A stretch of DNA of 64,000 nt from a bacterium (GTDB lineage Bacteria > SAR324 > NAC60-12), in NCBI GenBank assembly GCA_965233585.1, contig CBDDTI010000729.1:64001-128000 (forward strand). Reading direction: 5' to 3'. Under the pieces are notes generated by a model. It saw only the letters and a program-made list of their open reading frames with translations. It did not search any database and was not told the DNA's origin. Position numbers and translations under genes: made by a program. This document shows positions 10,204 through 18,260 of the stretch, piece by piece (position 1 is the stretch's first letter; each line of letters opens with the position of its first letter).

Positions 10204-10866
10204 ATGAAACATTCTCACAACGTCAAAAGCCAGTTTTTACAAAGGTTTTGCCTGTTTTCCTCCTTGATTGTGTTGGCATTTGCAGACGTCATGGCACAAA
10301 CGTCTGACTCATTTTCTTCTGACCCTTTTATGCAAACTAACCCTTCTTCTGATGGAGACCCTTTTTTAGAACAAGACCCCTTCATGCAACAGTTCCCTGA
10401 CTATGATGACAGTCAAAACTTCAACACTTTTGAACTTCCTCAACAACAAAACGACTTGCCTCAGGAAGAATCTGCTCCTGTTCCATCAGACAACAATGCC
10501 CCCCCAGCAGTTCGGGATAACCAATACATTGATGAGTCTGTCATTCCACAAGGATTTGAAGAAAGATTGCAGCAAGAAGCACAACAGCAAAACGTGATTC
10601 TGGGTGATGAAAGGCAAAATATGGTGCCTAATATCGCTTACGGTGTAGGAACAGGCTTTATTATTGGAAGCTGGTTGGCAACCTTGACTGCCAACACTAG
10701 AAGAGATACATTAGCCTCCATTGGTTCTGGGATTGTGTTGGGCGGATTGATTGGGGCATTGATTGGCTCTCGTGCAATTATTTTACCCAATCCTAATATT
10801 CCAAGAGACCCTTCTTTCGGAAAAACTGAAAATTCCGTCATCTTTGTCTGGAACACTCAGTTTTAA
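10204..10866 (+). CDS. Secreted glycine-zipper protein with acidic DPF-repeat N-region
   Basis: Signal peptide, DPF repeats, two GxxxG helices, ends FVWNTQF. Confidence 0.72.
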   Translation: MKHSHNVKSQFLQRFCLFSSLIVLAFADVMAQTSDSFSSDPFMQTNPSSDGDPFLEQDPFMQQFPDYDDSQNFNTFELPQQQNDLPQEESAPVPSDNNAPPAVRDNQYIDESVIPQGFEERLQQEAQQQNVILGDERQNMVPNIAYGVGTGFIIGSWLATLTANTRRDTLASIGSGIVLGGLIGALIGSRAIILPNPNIPRDPSFGKTENSVIFVWNTQF

Positions 10867-10928
10867 GACTTCCCCACCACAAAGTCAAACAAACCGTCTT
10901 TTTTCAATCTTCCTTTAAAATCTACCGC

Positions 10929-12455
10929 CTAATAAACTTGCTTGTAGATGTTGCATTGTTCTTTGAGACTCTTGCCTTCCAAAAACTTTAATTCTCCTAA
11001 CTTATGTTGATGATAGACCTCAACAAAATTAGGAGAAAACCAACTTTTGACATGCTCACTTTGCATCATTTTTTCCAATGCTTCAGAAAGAGTGAAAGGC
11101 AGGTGTGTTAAACCTTTTTCCCGAAGCTGTGATTCTTTCAAAAGAGAAAGGTCATCTTGGTAGATTTTTGGTACAGAAAGGTTGTCTTCAATTCCTTGAC
11201 AACCTGCATGCACGATGGCAGCTAATGCTAAATGTGGAGACGCTGTGGCATCTGCGATTGGCACTTCAAAATGAAACTGATGAGCAGCGCTTTCAAGGGA
11301 GTTTTGAGAGGTAGGGCAAATTCTGACCGATGAACTTTCACTATAACCCAGATTATTGAAAGCACAACCCCAGCCACGAGGAATGTAATTTAAATGAGAA
11401 ATAGCAGAAGGTGCAATGAAAGCCATAATCTGGGGCAGATAGTTGAGTAATCCTGCAACAAATTGCTCCGTTAGCTGCGACATGTTGTAAGTCCTGTTTG
11501 GAGAATAAGCTAAAGGCTCATCTTCTTGACTAAGAAAACTCAAATGAATCTGTACACCATTGCCTGCTTGGTCTAAATCACGGACGGGAGTGAACGTTGC
11601 CTGCGTGTCAAAAGAAGAGGCAACGGCATAGACTAATTCCCTAAAAATTGCTGCCGCATCTGCAATTTGTACCCCCTTAACAGGCTTCATGGACATTTCA
11701 TATTGATTCTCTCCCTGCTCTTTCAAAAACGAATAAGCTTCTACTCCTGTTTGTCGCATCGCATCAACAATCATTTCTCCCATCGCTTGCTGATGCCTAA
11801 AACCTCCGTATGTCAAATGACTGTGCAACAACGCCACTGCTCCTTTAATTTGAAACTGATGCGTCAAAGCACCATACAACGTGGCTTCAGTTAATCGCTC
11901 AAACCGACTCATGGCTGATTGTAAGAGAGAACGAGTACAACACTCCCAAGTCCGTCCGTCCAAGTGATAAATGTTACTTAAAATCAGATGTTGAGAGTTG
12001 CTACGATTTCCGAAGTCAACGAAAGTGCGTGTGTCTAAATCTGGTATTAAAACTAACTCTTCACTGGAGTCATGGGAGTTTGTGGCAAGACTATTGAAAC
12101 AAGTCAGATTGGCATTGGTTGCAGACCAGCTCACGCCACGTTTGAGACCTTCCATTTGCTGACTGAGACGTTTACCTGTTTTTTCTGCAAGCCCTTTTAC
12201 ACGTTCTAACGAATGCTTGACATGATTGAGAAACGTATAAACTCTGCCCAAGTCATCTTTCAAAGGGTCAACATTTTGAAGATGATACTGCTCTTGCAAC
12301 AAATCTTGATAAAGTTTGACCAAATCATCTTGTTCTGTTTGAAGTAACTCCTTTTCATCACTCAATTCTTTGAGCTTATTTTGCGGGAACGCCTTGCCTC
12401 TTAAACGTCCCGAAATGTCAGAAGTCGCCACAAAAATCAGTAGTTCTTTCGTCAT
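10929..12455 (-). CDS. Glutamine synthetase-like protein, apparently catalytically degenerate, with helical insertion
   Basis: DISGRLRGKAFP, WECCTRS, QYE, ATFTP..GNG, D ATASPHLALAA, LPFTLSEAL; key E/H/R residues replaced. Confidence 0.85.
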   Translation of the reverse strand: MTKELLIFVATSDISGRLRGKAFPQNKLKELSDEKELLQTEQDDLVKLYQDLLQEQYHLQNVDPLKDDLGRVYTFLNHVKHSLERVKGLAEKTGKRLSQQMEGLKRGVSWSATNANLTCFNSLATNSHDSSEELVLIPDLDTRTFVDFGNRSNSQHLILSNIYHLDGRTWECCTRSLLQSAMSRFERLTEATLYGALTHQFQIKGAVALLHSHLTYGGFRHQQAMGEMIVDAMRQTGVEAYSFLKEQGENQYEMSMKPVKGVQIADAAAIFRELVYAVASSFDTQATFTPVRDLDQAGNGVQIHLSFLSQEDEPLAYSPNRTYNMSQLTEQFVAGLLNYLPQIMAFIAPSAISHLNYIPRGWGCAFNNLGYSESSSVRICPTSQNSLESAAHQFHFEVPIADATASPHLALAAIVHAGCQGIEDNLSVPKIYQDDLSLLKESQLREKGLTHLPFTLSEALEKMMQSEHVKSWFSPNFVEVYHQHKLGELKFLEGKSLKEQCNIYKQVY

Positions 12456-12631
12456 GATTGATTCAAATTTTTTGATTGTTGAAATTGGTCTTTTTGACTC
12501 GTGACCTATACATTATGAAGAGTCACACAATACTCCTTTAGCAGAGATGTAGCAAACCCATTTTCAAAATCGTTTCCCATTTGGTCTAAAGTTTGTTATG
12601 ATTCTGGATTTAGCTTCTTACTCATAAGCTG

Positions 12632-13105
12632 ATGGAAACTACCTTACTTTTTGACACACTCAAGACCTCCAAACATTTGCAAGCTGCAGGCTTTGAACAA
12701 GAGCAAGCAGAGGCACTGACAGAAGAATTTAAATTTGTTGTAGAAAGCAACTTTGCGAAACTTTCAACCAAAGAACAAGTTTCTGCTTTAGAGACGAATC
12801 TCAATGAGAAACTGGAACAAAAAGCCACCAAAGAACAAGTCACTCACTTACAAGAACAACTGGAGCAAAAAGCCACCAAAGAACAAGTTTCTGCTTTAGA
12901 AATCAGCCTCAATGAAAAGCTTGAGAAGTTTGCTACCAAAGAAGATGTTCAAAATGAACTCAAAGAGGTCAAAGAAGACATCTATTTTTTAAAAGGAGAC
13001 CAGAAGCTCCTTAAATGGATGGTCGGTTTTGGCATTTCTTTAAATCTGTTGACACTTGGAGTCGTGTTAGCTTTTTTGTTTACAGCTACCCTTACTCCTA
13101 CTTAA
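12632..13105 (+). CDS. DUF1640/CCDC90-like coiled-coil protein with C-terminal TM helix
   Basis: FDTL..LQAAGF..EQAEAL, ATKEQV repeats, LKWMVG plus TM. Confidence 0.8.
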   Translation: METTLLFDTLKTSKHLQAAGFEQEQAEALTEEFKFVVESNFAKLSTKEQVSALETNLNEKLEQKATKEQVTHLQEQLEQKATKEQVSALEISLNEKLEKFATKEDVQNELKEVKEDIYFLKGDQKLLKWMVGFGISLNLLTLGVVLAFLFTATLTPT

Positions 13106-13229
13106 AACCCTGCCGCCTATTGCTGACAGCTCTTCCATTTTTTCACACCCCTTCAGTAAAGGTCAACAAACCAAAGGCTTTTTGCTGGCAAATTCAAAAG
13201 AATTTGACGGGGTAGTTAGGAAAAAAAGA

Positions 13230-13316
13230 GAGATTGCGGGTCAAGCCCGCAATGACAAGGAAACGCAGGAATGACAAGTGAGAAAAAACAGAGATTGCGG
13301 GTCAGGGTTCAATGAC
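13230..13316. repeat. REP/RPE-like palindromic repeats
   Basis: GAGATTGCGGGTCAAGCCCGCAATGAC at 13230 and variant at 13291. Confidence 0.85.
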
Positions 13317-14009
13317 TTTAATTTGGTCTGCTTCAGGTTGCAGAAGGTAAACTCCTTTGGCTTTGGCATGAGAGATGAAACGTTCTGGAATGCTTTGACA
13401 GGCAAGCCCCAGATGAATTTGAAAATCCTGATATTGTGGAAAAACAACAGGGAACGTCTCTTTGTGCCTGAACACTTGGTCAAAGTCATCAAGACGAAGT
13501 TTGTGCTTCACTTCTACAATGAAGATGTGAGAGGAATTGTAAAAAACAACATCATACTGCCCAATGACTTTTTTATCGCTTCTTCCCTTCACATTTTTAT
13601 CTACAGAATCATAAGCAACTCCACCAATCATGATGAATCCTTTTTCTTCTATTTCTCTTTGACCAGTACGATAGTAAGCGTCTTCCTGTATGTCGCTTTC
13701 TACCGTGATGTAACTTTCTAGCTTTTTGTTGCTTTCTTTTCTCAAGCGCCTTTCTTCCTTCATTTCTTTCTCCCAAGCGGCATTGGACTCTTGCATCTGC
13801 TTCTCCCAAGCGGCATTGCGTTCTTCTTGCTTTTTAGTCAGTTCTGCTAACTGCTTGCTGTTTTCTTCTTGTTGTTTTGTTAGCTCTGCTAACTGCTTGT
13901 CCGTCTTTTCTTGACGTTTGGCAACAGCATTGACTGTGTCATTGGCTTCTTTAGCGATGACACTGGCTTCTGCCAAGATTTTTTCTATCCTATCTAAACG
14001 TTCTGACAT
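13302..14009 (-). CDS. Coiled-coil plus PD-(D/E)XK nuclease-like protein (DUF3782-like)
   Basis: N-terminal coiled coil with internal repeats; QYDVVFYN..IFIVEVKH. Confidence 0.75.
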   Translation of the reverse strand: MSERLDRIEKILAEASVIAKEANDTVNAVAKRQEKTDKQLAELTKQQEENSKQLAELTKKQEERNAAWEKQMQESNAAWEKEMKEERRLRKESNKKLESYITVESDIQEDAYYRTGQREIEEKGFIMIGGVAYDSVDKNVKGRSDKKVIGQYDVVFYNSSHIFIVEVKHKLRLDDFDQVFRHKETFPVVFPQYQDFQIHLGLACQSIPERFISHAKAKGVYLLQPEADQIKVIEP

Positions 14010-14073
14010 CTTTACCTTTCAATTTAAAATTCAAAAAACTTGAGTATAGCATTTTTTGACAAAAGAAAAAAAC

Positions 14074-14328
14074 AGATTGCGGGTCAAGCCCGCAATGACG
14101 AATGGTCAAGGTGAGCAATGACCAAAAAACAAGCCCACAGGTGAGAAAGTGAGGAATGGGAAAAAGAGAAAGATTGCGGGTCAAGGTGAGCAATGACTTA
14201 AGCACAAGCCCGCAATGACAGTTCTGAAGATGAGTAAATTCCTCTGTCATTCCGTGCTTGATACGGAATCTCAAAAAATAAGAGTTGTTTGGGAAAAAGA
14301 GAGATTGCGGGTCAAGGTGAGCAATGAC
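14074..14328. repeat. Cluster of ~6 REP/RPE-like palindromes
   Basis: AGATTGCGGGTCAAG(CCCG/GTGAG)CAATGAC units and GTCATTCCGTGCTTGATACGGAATCTC. Confidence 0.85.
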
Positions 14329-14337
14329 GCAGGTGAC

Positions 14338-14367
14338 GAAAAGGGAGCAGAACGCCCCCTTTTTTTA
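14338..14367 (-). terminator. Rho-independent terminator, possibly bidirectional
   Basis: AAGGGAGC-AGAAC-GCCCCCTT hairpin flanked by A/T runs, downstream of the 14407 gene. Confidence 0.6.
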
Positions 14368-14406
14368 AACAAATGAGAGGTAGGAAGGAAAAAGAAACGA
14401 AAACGT

Positions 14407-15654
14407 TTAAGCACGTTCTGGAATCTTCACAAAACAAAGATAGTAAAAAGGTCTGGCAGACCTTTGCCCCACTGGGACACTAAGAGGAGTTGTGTTACCA
14501 TCAGCGGATGCCTTGAGATAGTAAAAAGATACGCCAGCATTACTATTAATAATATAGTAGCTATCGGAGCTGAAAATGGTTCTGGCAAATGCTCTGTCAG
14601 TTTGGTTAGTGTTAGTAAGATTCCTGAATTGTTTGTTATCTGTTGCCTTGTAGTTGATAGACCGACATTCACTGCTGCTATAGCTTGGCGCTGTATTACC
14701 TTTACTGATGTAATACCAAAGCTCTCCATCTTTTTCTAAGTGGAATTGATTGTTTAGCACTTTAGGTCTTGACCCTACATCAAAGCCTGTGACGTGTGCA
14801 GCAGTGTTGTGATTGGCATTGTTAGTGGTGAAGGAAACGGGGTTGCCAGAGCGATTGAAGGCAGAAGCTCCACTTGCTGTCTTGACTGCCACTTTGTAGG
14901 TTTTGTTCAAGTCCCAAGTCTGTTTGGGAATGATGACATGATTGGTGTTGTCACCTTTCTGAACATGCACTTTTTCACAATTTAGGAAATCATCTGATGA
15001 CACAAGCAGGGCATTCAAAGGGGCATCTTGACAAGATGTCTTGTCATTGGAAACTAGGGTTTGAGAAGTGTCTAGTCTCATCACCGAACGACCGTAGGCT
15101 TTGCCTGATGTGTCTTGCATTTTAGTAAAAGCAGTTGCCGTAACAGCAACACCCAACGTCAATGCCTTTGGGGTGGATGGCATCAAACTCCCTCTGACCA
15201 CTGTAAAATCCCAGTTTGATTTTTTTCTCAAGATTTTGAATTGCAGTTGCCCTGTGCCTGCTGTGACTCCTGTCAACTTCAGCTTGGCTTGAAATTCTTT
15301 TTTTCTAGGTAAAATGTAAGACAACTTTCCGCTTTGTCCAACTGTTTCTTTTGCTCCAACGACCAGCTTCAAAGAAGCTAAGCTTTCATCGTAAGTGATG
15401 TTTAACTTTTTACCTTGATAAATTGTTGATGCGGTGCAGGTGAGTTTGGCAACTAATTCTTGACCTGTTGTGACAGAACTGTTTGAGTTCACCTTGCACT
15501 TGACGTCGTTGGAGGCTTCATTTCCTTCTTCATTTTCTTCAGCAGGAGGTGTGCAACTCGCTAAGGCAAGAAGTGTCAAAAAAATCATTATTTTGTCATA
15601 AAAAGACCTTCTCCTAACAGAAGGGTTTTGATTTGATTTGAGTTGTTCTAACAT
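14407..15654 (-). CDS. Surface lipoprotein with Ig-like domains
   Basis: Lipobox LASC, beta-rich Thr/Ser/Asn sequence, PKQTWDLNKTYKVAVKT Ig-like strand pattern. Confidence 0.65.
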   Translation of the reverse strand: MLEQLKSNQNPSVRRRSFYDKIMIFLTLLALASCTPPAEENEEGNEASNDVKCKVNSNSSVTTGQELVAKLTCTASTIYQGKKLNITYDESLASLKLVVGAKETVGQSGKLSYILPRKKEFQAKLKLTGVTAGTGQLQFKILRKKSNWDFTVVRGSLMPSTPKALTLGVAVTATAFTKMQDTSGKAYGRSVMRLDTSQTLVSNDKTSCQDAPLNALLVSSDDFLNCEKVHVQKGDNTNHVIIPKQTWDLNKTYKVAVKTASGASAFNRSGNPVSFTTNNANHNTAAHVTGFDVGSRPKVLNNQFHLEKDGELWYYISKGNTAPSYSSSECRSINYKATDNKQFRNLTNTNQTDRAFARTIFSSDSYYIINSNAGVSFYYLKASADGNTTPLSVPVGQRSARPFYYLCFVKIPERA

Positions 15655-15780
15655 AAAAAACTCCTAAATAATGGTTAAGTGAGAATGAAAAAAAAGAAAT
15701 AAAAGGAACTGAGGATTCTAGCAGATCTTGAAAAACAAATGCAACTTTAAAGATTGAAAATTTTATTTTGTGTAGGAATG

Positions 15781-16656
15781 TTATCTTGTATAGTTTTGGT
15801 TTAAGAGAAACTTTAAATCTTGAGTGCCAAGGGGAATGGTCTTTGGGGAGCGTCCAATGATTTCGCCTTTGGCAGATTGAAAAGGTTGGTTGTTTTTATC
15901 GGTTACAATTCTCAAAGAATACTCACCTTGAAGAATTTGGTTAGGCATGGCGTGTTCTTGACCAATTTGGAACTTTTGAGGGAATCCTGTGTAAGCGATT
16001 TTTCTAAAAGCAACAGGTCTGCCTTGCTTGGGGTCAAAAAGAAAAATCACAAGTTGGTCTCCCTGTTCAGTGAGGTTTTTCAATTCAGGCGTCACATCAA
16101 CAACGCCTTGAATGCTGGTGGTTGGGTCAACAGGGGGTGCATTAGCTTGTAAGACTTCTTGCGGAAGTTGCCTAAAATCTTTGGACAAGACGTAGTTGAC
16201 GCCCTCTGTGCCTAGTGCGATGGGCTGGCTTAACTCCCCAATGAGTTCACCGATTGCAGGGTTTTCAGGTATGCCATCTTTGTCGGTTAAAACTAGCAAA
16301 CGATAGCTGCCAGCCAACGTGCCTCTCAACGCATCTTCTTGACCCACTTGAAAGGCAATCGGGGGGACAAAGGTTGTGATTTTTCTCACTGCGGCAAGTT
16401 TCAAAGTGTTTGCCTCATACAAAATTGCATAGCCATTGTCGGTCTTGACCAATGCCTGCCCTACCATCGGTGCAAGGGACACTCTGCCGCTGATGGCAGT
16501 TTCTAACTTCGCCTCCTCTCGCCTCAATTCATTCCAAAAAGCTGTGCCTAGTAGCGCAGAAAACAAGACGATTGATGCCAATAAAATCCAACGATTCGCT
16601 TTCATAGTTTGATGGTATGGCTCAAAGTGGGGATTGATTTGCTTGCATTGTGGCAA
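15781..16656 (-). CDS. Membrane-anchored protein with two repeated beta domains (CycH/CcmI C-terminal-like)
   Basis: N-terminal TM; two repeats ISGRV..FQVGQE..GSYRL..TDK..GE.IG..PIALGT. Confidence 0.6.
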   Translation of the reverse strand: MPQCKQINPHFEPYHQTMKANRWILLASIVLFSALLGTAFWNELRREEAKLETAISGRVSLAPMVGQALVKTDNGYAILYEANTLKLAAVRKITTFVPPIAFQVGQEDALRGTLAGSYRLLVLTDKDGIPENPAIGELIGELSQPIALGTEGVNYVLSKDFRQLPQEVLQANAPPVDPTTSIQGVVDVTPELKNLTEQGDQLVIFLFDPKQGRPVAFRKIAYTGFPQKFQIGQEHAMPNQILQGEYSLRIVTDKNNQPFQSAKGEIIGRSPKTIPLGTQDLKFLLNQNYTR

Positions 16657-16670
16657 GGTAGGTGAGAAGG

Positions 16671-18185
16671 CTAAATAAGGCTTTCCATTTGTGGAGAAGA
16701 CAGTAACTCGGTGTATCCTCTGAGGAAAATGTCAATTTGCCTTGCCGCTTCTCGTCCCTCCCAGATTGCCCAAACGACAAGAGAAGCTCCCCGTCTGGCA
16801 TCGCCTGCAACAAAGACACCTTCTTCGCTTGTCATAAAATGATGGTCTTTGAGAGAGAACATGACGTCTCGTTGCTCCAGCATCTGTGCAATGGCTCTGG
16901 GGTCTTGGACTTCATTTGAGCCACGCATGGTCAGTTGCAACCCAAGTTCTGCAACAGGACCTTGCACTTGGGGTCCCAAAAACCCTGTGGCAAGTAAGAT
17001 CATGTCAGTTTCTATGAGGAACTCAGAATCGGGGACTTTTTGCATGGTCATTCGTCCATTTTCTTGCTTCCACTGGACTTTTGAGGCTTTGAGTTGCTTG
17101 ACATTGCCGTTGCCATCACTGATGACTTCTTCAGTCATGGTATTGGCTCGGCAGTCTGTTTCTATTTCTTGATGCGCTGGTGTTGGTCGTGGTGCCATGT
17201 TGACAATCTCAAATTGCCTGACCAACTTTCTGCCCCCTTGCCTTGTGATAGTGCCAAGACAATCTGCCGCCGTGAAACCTCCTCCCAAGATGAGACAACG
17301 TTTGTTGGTTGCTTGAATCCTTGTTTGTTCAGGAATGACATCACCCGCGTTGATTTGATTTTGTTGTGGTAGAAAATCCATTGCATAATGGACTCCATTG
17401 AGTTCTGCACCTTGCACACGTAGCTTGCGTGCATGCCCTGCACCAATGGCAAGCAAGATAGCATCGTGGTCTTTTTTGAGTTCTGCCATGCTGATTTGTT
17501 TGCCTACTTCCACGTTGGTGTGAAAGATGACGCCCTCTTCTTCCATCTGTGCTTGACGCCTTTCTAGCACTATTTTGTCTAGCTTAAAATCTGGAATGCC
17601 ATACCTTGTGAGTCCTCCAATGCGGCTACTTTTTTCAAAAACATGCACCTCATGCCCGACCCGCCTCAGCTGTTGAGCTGCTGCCATGCCTGCAGGTCCT
17701 GACCCTACTACTGCAACATATTTGCCTGTCAAATGCTTGGGTTTTTCTGGCACAATCCAGCCATTATCCCAAGCACGTTCTGTGATGTGTTTTTCAATTT
17801 GCTCAATCGTCACGGAGTGTTTGCGTGTGAGTCGTTCTGCAGGGTCAGTGGTGTAATAAGCATTGAGAACACAAGCGTCTTCACAAGGTGCGGGACAAAT
17901 TCTGCCTGTCATGTCAGGGAAGTTATTAGTTTTGTGAAGTTGGTATGATGCTTCCTTCCAGTTTCCACGATAGACAAGGTCATTCCAATTTGGAATCAAA
18001 TTGCCAAGGGGACAACCTGTATGACAAAAAGGAATGCCACAGTCCATGCACCTTGCTGCTTGTTCGCGAATTTTACCCTCATTATGAAAGGTTTCATATT
18101 CTCGGTAGTCCTGAATCCGTTCCCTCACATCTCTATATGCTGGGGATTCTTTTTCAAAATCTAAAAAACCTGTGTCTTTACCCAT
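16671..18185 (-). CDS. gltD: Glutamate synthase small subunit
   Basis: RCMDCGIPFCHTGCP, GRICPAPCE, GSGPAG, GDARRGASLVVWAI. Confidence 0.96.
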   Translation of the reverse strand: MGKDTGFLDFEKESPAYRDVRERIQDYREYETFHNEGKIREQAARCMDCGIPFCHTGCPLGNLIPNWNDLVYRGNWKEASYQLHKTNNFPDMTGRICPAPCEDACVLNAYYTTDPAERLTRKHSVTIEQIEKHITERAWDNGWIVPEKPKHLTGKYVAVVGSGPAGMAAAQQLRRVGHEVHVFEKSSRIGGLTRYGIPDFKLDKIVLERRQAQMEEEGVIFHTNVEVGKQISMAELKKDHDAILLAIGAGHARKLRVQGAELNGVHYAMDFLPQQNQINAGDVIPEQTRIQATNKRCLILGGGFTAADCLGTITRQGGRKLVRQFEIVNMAPRPTPAHQEIETDCRANTMTEEVISDGNGNVKQLKASKVQWKQENGRMTMQKVPDSEFLIETDMILLATGFLGPQVQGPVAELGLQLTMRGSNEVQDPRAIAQMLEQRDVMFSLKDHHFMTSEEGVFVAGDARRGASLVVWAIWEGREAARQIDIFLRGYTELLSSPQMESLI

Positions 18186-18260
18186 TTTTGATTTTTAATC
18201 TTTGAAGTCTGAATTGATGAATTGATAAGAGGTGCTGAATTTTTTTGTAAAAATGTTGAT

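Noticed and set aside
14074..14328. Palindrome cluster as CRISPR
   Set aside because: Irregular spacing, mixed orientation and unit types
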